Part shown: positions 51,217 to 63,533 of the stretch, piece by piece
Layout: every line of letters starts with the position of its first letter
Position numbering within the stretch: the first letter of the stretch is position 1
DNA from: Klebsormidium nitens
Lineage: Eukaryota; Plantae; Klebsormidiophyceae
Direction of reading: 5' to 3'
Assembly: GCA_000708835.1 (NCBI GenBank)
Contig: DF237429.1
Coordinates: 1 to 64,000 of the forward strand
DNA: 64,000 nucleotides
The notes under the pieces: generated by a model
Seen by the model: the letters and a program-made list of their open reading frames with translations, nothing else
Database searches by the model: none
What the model was told of the DNA's origin: nothing
Program-made: the position numbers and the translations under genes

Positions 51217-52099
51217 GCGCACGCGAGCCACGTGGCGAGGTGGGCCCTCGCGTTACTTCGTACGTTGTTCAGTTTGTTTGCGAATCGGTGGCTGGTGGAG
51301 GCATTGCGTGACATGACGGCCACAATCTGGTGACAGCTGTTGAGAGACATGCGCTTTACAAGGATCATTTCCAGAAGCTATCTTGTTCGAGCGTGTATGT
51401 TACAATCACCTTCTACCGTCAGGGGCGTCCTTTGCAACTCGTGTAGTGTCCTGCCAGCTTGCTACATCGCCTTCTTCAGAAGCCTCGATCGCCAAATAAC
51501 GAATAGTCAGTATCTCGGAGAGCTCATGTGGCCAAGTCGTGCACACTATCAGTCACGATGTGACAGTTGATGTGGACGTTCGCTGTTAAAGTTGCCGTGC
51601 TTTTCGGAGTCTGCAATCTCGTCTCCCTATTGTGTTGGTTGTGTGTACGTCTGGCAAAGCTTGCGACTCTCTTTAACTTCTTACAAACAATTCTCCGTTT
51701 CCAGATACAAACGGGATCATCAGATGAGTGGGCACGAATTGTGCCCGGCCCCGAAAGAGGAGGTATGACTGCACGCGATGCACGAAGTGTCAGGTAGATC
51801 TGCCAGCGATAGCGGAGAATCCGATCGACTTCAGGATGAGCCCGTGGTGTTGAAAAAACCCAGTTCAACAACAAGCCAGTACAGTGCATCTACTACAGCA
51901 TCTGCTGATGAATCAGAATTAGGAGAGGCTGAGCGGGCAAACTCGATTTGCGCCCAAACTTTTACAAAACATCGATCAGCTGTAGAATTGCGAAATATCA
52001 GACGCTGGCTAGATGCTAATGCCGAAGACCAAAAGGAACTTGGTCAATGTAAGTTAAGCTACGAATCAGAACCGTAAATTGTTGCCCGTTGTTGGAAAC

Positions 52100-52700
52100 T
52101 TTACGGAACATGTGACTCCCGGAGCTTGAGTACGGCCTGCCGGCGCCGCGCCGCGCCGCGCCGCGGAGTGCATGACGAATTTCAATCAGCCTTCGCATCA
52201 TGGGCCGCGCAAGCCCAGGTACTAATGCTGTGCAATGACGACACTTTTTGCTCCATGGTCTGGCGCACTTTGATGAGTGGGACTTTGCCCAGGCATGTGC
52301 CAATCCGACTATAGCTCCGCACTGATATCGATCGACCGAACGCTGAATGATTGCATCTATACATCGCATGCTAGCCACCTAGCCGCCTAGAGATCATGTA
52401 CATGAATACGCAAATGTATAACAAGTCGATTAAATTGAGCATATATGATTCTAAGGCAACCGTCCCAATCACATGATCGAGGATCATCACATAAAACGCC
52501 TCGCGCGTGGCTTTTGCGGCTACTAGGGCAGACTGAGTCCCACCAGTTGTCCAGAGTTTGTGGTAAGATCTATCCTGGGCGGGCTAGGCGTCCCGGCAAC
52601 GACGCCAGGCAAAGCGCGCGTAACTGGCAGCAAGCTCAGCTCTGGAATTCTTAACCACCTGGTTTTATTGAACTAGCTGCATGCAGCCTACAAGCTCCTA
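52100..52700. other. Palindrome-rich intergenic island between the acidic-protein gene and the beta-helix gene (convergent)
   Basis: (GCGCC)x4 52143-52162, TCATGTACATGA 52394-52405, GCATGC, GCTAGC, GCGCGC, GAATTC. Confidence 0.45.
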
Positions 52701-53185
52701 CTCAAGCAATCGAATGACTAGCCGAGCGGGCTCTTACCAAACTTTACCGTATTTTGACTGGAAGTATTTAAGCGGGCAGCTAAGTGGCCCCAACATCGAC
52801 TCGAGTCTTCTCATTTCCACCTACTACAAACGACTGCTTATAACGCAGCTGTCCAAAACTCCTACGACGCACCATTGGATCAATGTCCAACCCAAGCAAC
52901 GGGTACGACTCCAAGAACCCACGTCGTCAAAAAGCATCCACCTGAGAAATAACTTACGACTGCACTAACCGCAATCGAAAGAAGCAAGTGAAGCGCTCGC
53001 ATAAATATACTTTGCACGCCTGTCCTCTGCGGCCACACAACAACCTTAAAAAAGTGGACAACTACAACCAGGATTATCCGAGCTGAAGCTTACGCTCAAC
53101 CTATTAACTACCGACCATCATTACCGCAAGCATAACGGAGGGGACCAAGCGCGCAGACGCGCGGTTTGGAACAAGGTTAAGGTTC

Positions 53186-56100
53186 CTAGGGTGTCATCAG
53201 ATCACCCGCTCTCAGAGCGGTCACGTTGACCGCAGTGCGATTCGACGCCGTCGTAGAGTTGGCGAGCCTGGTCAGGTTGGCGGTGATGTTGGTCGCCGTC
53301 GCATTCAGCGTGGCCGTCAGATTATTGACTGCAGGTAGAGCACCGCACATCGGCTCAATTCGTTACTGTCAAGACCGCGCACATCAGCTCAATTTCTGCC
53401 AAAACTCCGGGATTGGTTCTCGAACAGAAGGATATCTTCATCTGAGAACAAGTGTTGAAAATCAGTGTTAGTCTGTGTATCTTCGTAATCGAGCCGTGGT
53501 TTGAGGTCCCTGGACGAACGGCGGAAGGAGGCACACCTGTTTACAGTGCTCTAAAGATGGCTCGGTTTGCGGGAGAGACAACTCGAGATTGCCCCTCGTG
53601 CAAGTAGAACTTTAAAGCTGGGAGGACGACTAGACTGCGGTACCCGCTTTCGGAAGACAAGCTCATCAAACCGAAGCGGCCCCAGAAACGCGCCTTGGAA
53701 TAAAGCTACGACACAAGGACCAGGAAAGAGAGCAACGTACATCAACGTACTCGAAAAGCGGCGACAGAACTCGCCGGTTGCCACTCTATTACGCTCGATC
53801 ATTTGCCGCGCACTTTGTCGCAATCGCAACTCGTCAGACAAGTGCTGTGGACTAGCATCGGCAGAAAATCAGAAACGTGTGCGCGAGCACTCACGGAAGG
53901 AGGTGGTGTTATAGCCGAGTGCATAGCACGCGTAGCCGCTGCCGTAGAAGCCCGCATTGCAGGTGCAGTTGACGCCGACGGGCGTGAGAATCCCGGTCGC
54001 GTTCTTATCGCAAATCATCATCGGGTCACAGTTGATGCAGCCTGAGAAAAAGAGGGCGGAGTCCCAACTTCGTATAAGTACAGGCATCAACCTTTCTTGA
54101 CCACTCCGGTTCAGAGTCTGGTTAGATTCTCTTGACTAGGCGGTGCATTGGTCAAATCAGCCACTGGGCGTAGGAACCTAAACGTAGGGCGTTCACGTAC
54201 TTTGCGTTGAGCAGAATTCTTTGCTGATTAGAAGGTAGCGACTCCACGACACTGTTAACTATAGGACGAGGAACGAGCGTAAAAAGAGAATCCTACAGGA
54301 AGCAGATCAAGAGAAAGTGCTGAACGTAACGAGAAACATCGAGAACGAAGGAGTTGAGATCACAGGAGTATAAAAGGAGCCGAAGAGAGTCCCTCACTCG
54401 CGTTAGAGTAGCCGCTGTAAGGGCTTTGCGCGTTGACCACTCCCAAGGGGATTGCAGGGCAGAATGACGTGGCACTCGTGTCGTCATATGTGTACTCCAC
54501 GTAGACGTTGTCGCCCAGGCCCTGCCACGTGGCAAAAACGGGGGGACGTCAAACGGTGGGTCACTTGGAGAACAAAGCAAAGAGCACGCGGAGTCTGTAG
54601 AAGTGTCAGGCGGGTTCTGAAAATCACCGAAGCGAGACTGCTGACGTCAGACTTTTGGCGACAAAAGACCACCAAGAGCAGTTCTACAAGCGCTTCACTT
54701 CATCATCTCGAGGGAAAGCAAATACGCCCTCGCAACTGTGTCGGTTGCGAAATCCGATTGAAGGTTTGTGTCCTGCAGTACCGGCGACGTTTTTAGCCGG
54801 ACCCGTCTGATGACAAGTGCTGATCTGCTCGTTCTTTTAAAAAGGCGTGGATTGAGCCTACGTGCAAATGCGATCAGTCAAAGGGGGATCAAACAGTCAA
54901 GCTACCGGCCCAGACGTCCATCGGTAAGATGTGGTTGGCCCTTCCAAGGTCTGCGTTTTATGCAGCTCTGCGTTCCGAAATCAGGTTGACTTGACCGGTC
55001 CAACGATCTCATCCAGGTTAGTCACGGGTTACTGAACCAACGTTCGTTAACTCACCACCACTTGCGGCACGTTCGCCGTGAAATTGTTCCCGCCGCAGAA
55101 GGACGGTTCCTTGTTTCGGGTTGACACAACCGCCCTGACAAATCCATCCAATTCAGTTATGGGTTACCAAACAAGGTTTCGCTAACTCACCACCACTTGC
55201 GCCACGTTCGCCGTGAAGTTGTCCCCGCCGCAAAAGGACGTGTTCTTTGAGCCGTACGTGTAGACAGCGCCTCCACGTGGCGCCTGGTTGTTCTCGAAGG
55301 AGTTACCGGCGAAGACACCGTAGCCGTGCATGTAGACGGCACCCCCTCCGGTCTGCACAACGCAACGATGCGTATCTTGATTTGTTCGAGAATCAGACGA
55401 AGGACACCGTCTGGCAACACGAAGACATGATATTCAACTGAAACGACTTCGATCACTTTCTAGTCAGCTCGAAAAAAGGAAGTTAAGCTGCGCCTTTCGT
55501 TGAGGGCAACTCGAGCGTCGAGGGACACAGTCTGCAACGCTCAGTAATCGAATCAAATGATAAATCGGTGCGAACCGTCATACTTACCGCAGATCAAGAT
55601 CTCAGTACCATAACCCCTGTTTCGTCAAGAATGATTAGTAAACTCTGAGCTAAAACTGACGATGTCCGGTTTCAACCGACTTTCTTTTGTCTGGAAAACC
55701 GCTGCTTTTGAGGGCGTATCTCAGAACCATGGTAAGAGCAGGTTAATCTAAGAGAAGCTGGGAGGACTGACCGCTGACGTCCCGTTGATGAAGTCGGTGT
55801 ACGTAATGGTCGCGTTGGATCCTGACGTCACGTAGATAGCGCCTCCCTCCTGCAAAGCTTCAACCTTTTACGTAAGTGCGAGTTCTAAGCAACCTTTCTT
55901 GTTGCTAGGAGCTGCAGGGTAATCACTGTGCTCGTGATACCTTCTGCCACACTCGCTCCTCGCTCTGCTTTTGAAAGATCCACTATCACCTCATTTACAA
56001 GTCGGGTTCGAGCTTTGCAAACTCGTTTCATTATCCGGATTGATTCCCAATAAGGTGATCTCCTGTTGCGCTACCAAAATTTGCAAACCGCTAACGAAAC

Positions 56101-59100
56101 TCTATTCTAGGCGCACTTCCTTCTGGCGTTTCGCTGCTAGAACCTGAAATCTCTGAAAGACTCTGTTTCTTTAAAGTGCTGAAGCATCAAAGATAGCCTG
56201 GCTCAGCTGACGTACTCTTCGACATCGCCTCGACGTATGCCACTTCCGACAATCTATCTCCATTTAAACAAGCCTGCAAAGCTCCGTTTGCCTACAGTCT
56301 GATAGCTCTGAGATCGTACAGATCCAAGAAGCTATAGAATTCTTCAAGAAAGATCATCCGCAAGGTCTCAGATCTAGGTCTAGAATCCTCAATCCCGCTG
56401 TTTTAATCCAATGGTAACCCACCTCAGTAGCTTCGCTCTCGGCGAACACGCTGTCTGTGATGAGCGCATAGCCCCCGGAGCTGTACATGTAGATGGCGCC
56501 CCCGGACCTGCCAGCAATAGAGGCATAGAAGATGCTGTCCTTCACGCTCAAAGTCTTGCCTCCAGAGCCGTTGTCAAGGTAGACAGCGCCTGCGGAAAAT
56601 GGTATGGAGCTGAGAAATTTGGAAATTAAGAAACTGTCTGATACATTGCCTGTCTAGGATGTTTGGTGTTAGGTTAATTCCACCTGTCATGTTGGAAGTA
56701 TTGGAATCGGTGAGCTTTGTTCATTCGAGGACTCAAGCGAGCTATCAATTGACGAAAACGCGGGCAATTTTGTACGCAAGAAAAGAGCAAATGTGTAGTG
56801 TCCACAAGAAGCGGTCAGTCAGCAGAAGTCACCACAATCGAGCGCCGAGGCAAACCTATGTGTGGATTCTCCTCGAAAGGGGACGAAGTTCCAGAAAGCT
56901 TACGAGTCTCGATCCTCAAATGAGACAAGTGTCGAGCAAGACGATAAGCAGCCGCAACAGTTATAAAAGATAGAGAAAGTGTCATCAAAGCCCGCCAAAA
57001 ATGGAACATCTTGATGGATTGTAACGTCTCAGTCTGTGAGGGGGGAGGCCGTTACCTCCGTCCCTTTCGGCAGTGTTGTTGTAGAAGACACATCCGAGGA
57101 AGGTCGTGTTCCCTCCGGTGTACACTGCCGCTCCATACTGGACAAGAGGCAGTTTACACCAGGTCAAAAGACCGCACAATATGCGGTGGGAATAGGCACG
57201 AAGGCAAATGATTTACTACAGGTCGTGAGAGAGACATCCGGTGAAGAAGCACGCTTCAAACAACGTCAAGCACAGCAAATGTGTTTTGAAGGCCCTTTCC
57301 CGCCGGATATTCTAGAGAGTCTTTCCGCCAGGTTTTGTGAACGGTCTTGATCAAGCATCCACATTCTGGCACCAGTCCCTCGATCCCCTTTCGACTGAGA
57401 TGGACTCTTTCAGAGGATTGGAATCGAGCACACCACCGAACCTTCCCATCGGATATCCAAGCGGCTGTAGGAACGATGCGAAAGGGCCGACTCACATAAG
57501 CGTAGTTGTTGGTGAAAGCGACGTTGATAAAGCTAGCGACAGCGTTGTCTCCGACCAGGACCGCGCCTCCATAGTAGTCCGACTGCAAAAGAGAACCAAA
57601 AATTTCTGCTCCCAGTCCCGTTGAGCGAGAACATCAAAAATGAGGGACAGCCACTTGTGGGCATGACCTTTGTAAGTGATTGGAGAAATTTCGCCAGACA
57701 ATCTGCACTTTTCTGGCTGCTCCCCTCAGCGATTCCGGACAGCACAGGGTCTTTCATTCTGTCGAAAATGGTATTCCCGTACTTGGAGCTGTTAGATTAC
57801 ACCGGTGGGTTGACAGTATGCCAGGGATGACGCAGAACATGCCAACCTGGGCAGGGGCACTTCCTCCAGACTCTTTCCAGCGTCGCTACAATGAAGAGAA
57901 GCGCACAAACGTGCAATTTGACTAGAAGAAAAGTCTTAAACAAGGCTGCTGTGCAATATACACAGTCATAGTCGCAAGGCTTGGGACCACTCACGTAGCC
58001 ATATGACAGCTCCAGGTTCTGGAAGACAACAGGGCCCACCAAGTCCGCAACTTCGAAAAGTTGAACCTGCATCAAGAAAATGGGGTCAGGTCCAAACGCA
58101 GTTCTCAAAGGCAACCAATGAAGACTGCTCACGTTTGGTCAAGTAAAAAGGGACGCAGGGGCTTCCTGTCCAGTTGTGTTGACTAGCTTAGCACAGCATG
58201 GAACCCCGCCCCTCAGATTCCAAAGCTGCGGACGAGCAAAGTTCCCAACAGTTCCCCTATCCTTGAAGCCCAAGGTTGTCATGTACACAGGAAGTGACTG
58301 ATTAATGTAGGCTCAGGGGTTCTGAGACTTTGACAATATCTTTTTCTCAGCATCTGCAGTCCCAAATTCTGTTGACGGGGCTGCAGCAAGCACAGATAGT
58401 TTGTCTTAATCTCACAGCGAAGACAACATTGCCCCATCCTTGCATCCAACATCTCGCAGATTTTGAGGACAGAGGTAGAGCTCACAATGACTATCCAAAT
58501 GCTTCTTTAGGGATTGGTATGTAAAGAGTAAATGGTACTCTAGAATTTTAAGGATTCTCAAGTCCTCAAGTTCTCAAGTCCCAGCCTGTTTCACACAAAA
58601 TGGGGAGGGCAATGCAGCTTTTGCTCACATAACCATAACCATAGTAGTCTGTGTCGAGGCTCCCGTAAATGGTATACGGAGCGCCCGTGGTAGTGTTGCC
58701 GCCAATGATCGTAACCGCCTTGCTGACCTCGAGGGTTACATTAACCTCGATGTCGCTGCAAAGAAGGGCACCCAGGTTCAGAGGAGCTAACAGTGAGGGA
58801 CCGAGTTTGCCAAGTGCTGGACTTGGGGTTTTGGGGCAGTGCCTTGCAATAGTGTGACGGTATGAAGACAAGTGACAAAGGCACTTGTGGAGCCTGCGAG
58901 GAAGTCCAAGTGGTAAGCGGCAGCCGCATTGCAGCGAAGCATCAATTTTTGTCGAGCGCAATTGTCCCCAGATGCTGTCACATGTCGTGAATGCCCTGAC
59001 GCATACATGAGGAATCAGCGTTGTGTGAGGCAAGAAGTTGGAGCTTCAAGCTCGGCTTCTGGTAAAGCGTTACTGCCAGCTGGACTTCAGCAAATTAGAA

Positions 59101-60466
59101 AGAGCAGATATTCCACAAATGATTGTTTTCTCAGCCTGACAGGATTGAAGAAGTAGCGTCAAAGAAGTGAGTGTAATTCCACAGCGAAAAAGTATCTAGT
59201 CGTTGAGGCATTGAGCATAGAGGCAGTCAGGTGATTTTCACTTGACCAGCTTCTGAGCAATTTCTGGGCCCTTTTGCCACCCCCAAGAACATTCCTTTCG
59301 CACTGCTTTCTGTTTCATACCTGCACTTTCTCTCTGATATTACTCATGATATATTATTGAAGAAGAACACTCTTTCAGCATTTCCGCTTTTTCTTTGCAA
59401 GATTACATGTAGTCACTTTGCAAATGCTACCAACATTGCCCCACTTTTACCGTCCAAACCCACACAAGTACTCCAAAGGTGAAACTTTTGACAGCTCCTA
59501 AAATCTCCCCACTCTTTCCGTCCAACCAACACAAGTAGTCTAAAGCTGGAACTTTTAACAGCTCTCTGTTTCTCTCGTACACGCCACAATCTCACCTGCA
59601 GATTACAATGACTTCCCCTAGCCTCGCAGACTTGAGCTTTGCCTGCAGGTTCACAGGGTCTGTGTATCCCACGCAGGTCGTGTTGGGCCCAGCCACACTC
59701 CCAATTGCTGGAAATGTCGTATTCAGGAGTTGCGCTGCAAAGGGAGGACTGGGAAAGTTACACTTCTGCTCTGGCACCATGCTTTCAACGTTTGCTGCAT
59801 ATGTTCCCTGCATTGGCAGTCAAAGATTTGACCCGCAAGTGAGACCCCCACTGCATCTAGTAAGGATGTTCCTGGCAGCATTTTAGAGGCTGTAACCTGA
59901 AGAGCATCTACACTTGCGCAGGTAATCAGAAAGAACCGCCATCAACTTACAATGCCAGAGGAAAGCAGCACAAGCTTCCTGCTTTTGCACATTACCCCAC
60001 ACATGCGAAACCAGGACGGGGCTTGAAGAACTCCGGCACCTTGAGCTCCCATAACGAGGAAAGGAAGAGCACATTCCTCCCACTTTGAACATTGTGACTA
60101 CTTTAAGCCCTCTCCAAGCTTGCACTTTACTGCTGGAAGCAAAAAGTCTCCTTACCAGTGGGCAGAGACCTAAACTGAGAACTCTCGAGTGTATAAAATT
60201 TGTGCTGGCAGTTGAAAGCTTTGGCAAATTAACTGCACAATATGAGTCGCCAAGCTTGGTTCTTGATCCTAATTCAAAAGAGCTGTGAGAATGGGAAGCC
60301 CATCCCCCAATATCAAGAGCAACAAAGCAACAATGCAATTGACGGCCAAAAGCATAACAGGCACACAAGATTGAGCAAAGAGGTCGATGGCCTTACCTTC
60401 TGTCTGGCATGCCAGCAGAAAGAGCAAAGCGCACAGGGCGGCGGCGACAGGCACTATGCGTGCCAT
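53186..60466 (-). CDS. Secreted right-handed beta-helix (pectin-lyase fold, Pmp-like GGA[IV]Y/FxxN repeats) glycoprotein with EGF-like domain, ~465 aa, 12 exons
   Basis: Exons 60466-60397, 59734-59596, 58755-58629, 58066-57995, 57582-57496, 57137-57056, 56589-56423, 55849-55772, 55352-55191, 54521-54398, 54041-53895, 53328-53186 (1398 nt). Signal peptide MARIVPVAAALCALLFLLACQTEA. Repeats YGGAVLV..FTNN, YGAAVY..FYNN, DGGAVY, SGGAIY, EGGAIY, GGGAVY..FENN, RGGAVY..FTAN. EGF-like CDKNATG...CTCNAGFYGSGYAC. N-sequon-packed tail. Confidence 0.85.
54984..55255 (-). repeat. 135-bp tandem duplication of beta-helix gene exon-9 end plus 5' splice site
   Basis: Donor at 55191 (SFCGGDNFTANVAQVV|GTGAGTTAGCG) is repeated at 55056 (SFCGGNNFTANVPQVV|GTGAGTTAACG). 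About 70 nt of downstream intron is also homologous. Confidence 0.87.
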
Positions 60467-60494
60467 TGCTTTTGCTGTGCTGTACCTAAGATGC

Positions 60495-60538
60495 GAGCGA
60501 AAGATGCTAGCAAAGAGCGAAAGATGCTAGCAAAGAGC
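60495..60538. repeat. Perfect 20-bp tandem repeat just upstream of the beta-helix start codon
   Basis: GAGCGAAAGATGCTAGCAAA x2 plus GAGC. Confidence 0.85.
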
Positions 60539-61593
60539 AAGAGATTGTGTTATACCTTCTAATAGGTTCAAACTCATTTGACAATGATGAAAAGGAGGAA
60601 TTCAGAAGCCTGTCTGAATGAGGTTCTGGAGGTGGCAATGCCAATAGCAATGGCTTTGAACGATGCTTTAGTCCAAGATTCACTGATAACCACTTGTCAA
60701 TGTATAGTATATATAGGTAGCAATAGCGACAACAATAATAATACGTAACCACGTTCCAATGTTACAATCTGTACCTACACTATTGATATTAAAAGGACAA
60801 ATAGAACAATATTGAACCAATAACCAATTAAATAATAACAACAGTCTGACATCACCTGTGCCAAGTTCCAACTGCAGGCACAACTGAGCCAGGATTTCTT
60901 GGCAGCCAGCTGCACAATGCGGTACGTCGGAACACCCCTGGCCGGGGGAGCTCATCCACCGAGGCATTCCCGGGCTGAGTTGCAGGCTACTGCAGAGGGG
61001 CTGGGGAGTGACCGGGTGTCTATTGCCCGTCTATCGATAGCTGCACGGTACATTCTATAGGTACAGGGGTCCCTTATACAGTACCTGAGTAAGATGACCC
61101 GCCGGCGCCGGCCACCGCCTTGTCGTGCAAACCGGAGGGAGTGCGCTCTGCTTGGTAGTGACTGTTGGACTGCGCGGAGATTCGGTGAAGTTTTTCGCGC
61201 ACTGTGTCTTGAATCTTCTGACGAGAAGATCGCTCGCTGCCGACTCCCGAAAATGTCATGCCCATATTATTGGGGATCCAGGTTGGAGGAACCGCGCGCA
61301 GCGGGAGTGCGCTGCACACACGAGCACGCGCGATTTTGGTTAGCAATAATATCGGCGTTGAAAATAGCGTCAAGACTCAAGTGTGACGATCGTACCTCCC
61401 CTTGCGTCATCCGGGTAGCAACCTTGAAGAAATGCGTTGTTCTCATTGGCTGCAACCGTGAAACTGTCAGAATCTCCAGGTGATCCATCATCCGTCCCAT
61501 GGCCAGCTGGCATCGGGTACGGACTGATGTCACCGCAGAATGAAACTCAAGAAAGTAAGCGCCCAGATAATTGTAAGGTAACCGCACTGTGAC

Positions 61594-61680
61594 GGGTAGG
61601 GTTAGTATAGTGGTTAGGGTGGGTACAAGTGCGGAGCGGGTGTTATTATTTAATAAAGGTTTAGGGGTTTTAGTGTTAGT
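61594..61680 (+). repeat. Degenerate telomere-like G/T-rich tract
   Basis: TAGGGTTAG, GTTAGGGT, GTTTAGGGG, TTTTAGTG and GTTAG within ~85 bp. Confidence 0.3.
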
Positions 61681-62640
61681 CGGAGCTTACCATTTAATCT
61701 TGGCTTACAAGTTACTACCGTACCGTATTATCTTTCTTGACAGTAAATATCACCGCAGGTTGTTGATCATGGGCCGGTGCATTTAAGACAGACCTACCTA
61801 TGACAACACGGTATCATACCGGTAGTATTATCGAAGTAGGCATACCGCCCGGCGCCTCTGTGTCCGTTCACAAATTCGTTCCGTGGCGGGGCCCTCGTCT
61901 TCGGAGCGGATCGACAAGGGCATGGGCATGCCGGATGTCCGGCCGCGCAGACCCAGTTGACCGTGATCATAGCATATGAAACCAGCCTGGCGCCATGTGG
62001 TCGGACGACTCCGTTGACGTACTCGAGAGAACAAGCTAGAAGTGCCAGGTCGGAGGCATCATGACCAGCTGCATCTGACGTGCTTGCTTAAGAGAGGCGT
62101 CTTTGTCGAAGCCAGCAGGCGCCAACGGTGGCAGGGGCGGTGCAGCGCCTCTTCCCACTGCGCCTCGGGCAGCGGGTCTTCTAATTGATTAGAGTCCCGC
62201 TTGATGAGCTCTGCAAAGGGGCGTCGAGACTCTGACGATAGACGCCGGGAATCTTATATTGGATGATCTGTCGAAGCTGCTACTAGAGCTGACATTGGGT
62301 AAAGCTGGCGCAAGGGCGCCAGACAGAAGGACGTCCATGAGCCACTCAGCCAACAACATCTAGAGACGTCAGCAAAGAGGCTGCGTGAGAGGAGGAACGC
62401 CATGGAGCTAGAACTCGTAACGAGTCGGGGGCACCAAAATGCTGGCAGCTCTGATTGATGGAAGGATAGATGTGCCCAGTCTTATACGCAAATAGATTGG
62501 TGGCCAATAAATGACGAGAAACCAGTTGATTGCAAACACCCCTACCTTCTCAAGCGCTGCGCGCTCCGTCCTGCGGCATAGGCAAACACTCGCTACTAGC
62601 TAGAACGCATTAACACGCAAGATCTAGCTTGCATGCCTGA

Positions 62641-63533
62641 ATGGCGTCACACACAGCCCAGTGTCTGCGGCGCCCACCGCGGATGAAAAGCTTTCATTGT
62701 TCAATGGGGCGTCCGCTGACACGTGTCTCTCTCTTGAGATCTGGTTTTGCTGCATACATAGTGGTCGCTCAAATAACGTCAGCAATCCAGGGATTGGCTG
62801 CGGCAGCTGACGGTGCGCCGGTGACCTGGAAAGAGGATGCAAAGTCCCTGACGTTGGACAATGGGCTGTTCCGGGTCACGTTCGCCAAGCCGCAGGTTAG
62901 CTCCGTAAAGACCTCCTGCTCATTAGGCTACTTGAGAGAGTTAGGTGTGCAGAGTCTGTTTGATTATGGGCAACAATCAGAGTCTCTGATCCCAAAGTTG
63001 GACCTCGTGATGAGCATGAGAAGAGTTGCTTTCTCTTTCGCTTGCTTAGAGCTAGAATCGAATCTAAGTTCAGAGTGCTCGCCGATCAGATTGAGAACTT
63101 TGGACAAAACCTCTTGGAATGTTGCCCGGCTTGCTTTTGATCGTGTTAACTTTGAATGACCGATCCAATCCGAGACTGGTTGCACGAGTCCCATGGAAGG
63201 ACATTTGTAGTTCCTAGACCTCTATAGATCTGTCCAGTAACCACAGGCTCTTGTCCCTAAGGAGTGACGTATTCATATCATATAAGTGCCGAAAGATCCG
63301 AGCTGACCTCAGATTCGCTCCTTGCGCGTATAGGGGTACGTTCTGAGCATACGCTATGGGCCCCCGTCCCAGCGGCCCGACATTCTGCTTTCTGCGGCAC
63401 GGCCCTCTTACTTCGACCTCAACTGGAGCCCACTTGGAACTGACACCGGGCCATACGACGTTGTGTATGCGACCACTTATGCGATCACGTCAGCAGCTAC
63501 AGACACGTCAAAAGTTGAGGTCTCCTTTACAAG
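62641..63533 (+). CDS. Rhamnogalacturonan (rhamnogalacturonate) lyase, PL4, plant type; 5' part, continues past the window
   Basis: Exons 62641-62895 and 63334-63533 give ...LTLDNGLFRVTFAKPQGYVLSIRYG...SYFDLNWSP...YDVVYATTYAI...KVEVSFTR. This matches my recollection of the plant RG-lyase N-terminal pattern (MDNG..V..S.P.G.V..I.Y.G / YWD..W / VE.SF.R). A hydrophobic leader precedes it. The start could be the Met at 62641 or a later one. Confidence 0.82.

Noticed and set aside
51778-52968. ORFs of 95-120 aa in the convergent spacer
   Set aside because: No recognisable domain or coherent exon chain; treated as 3' UTR or intergenic.
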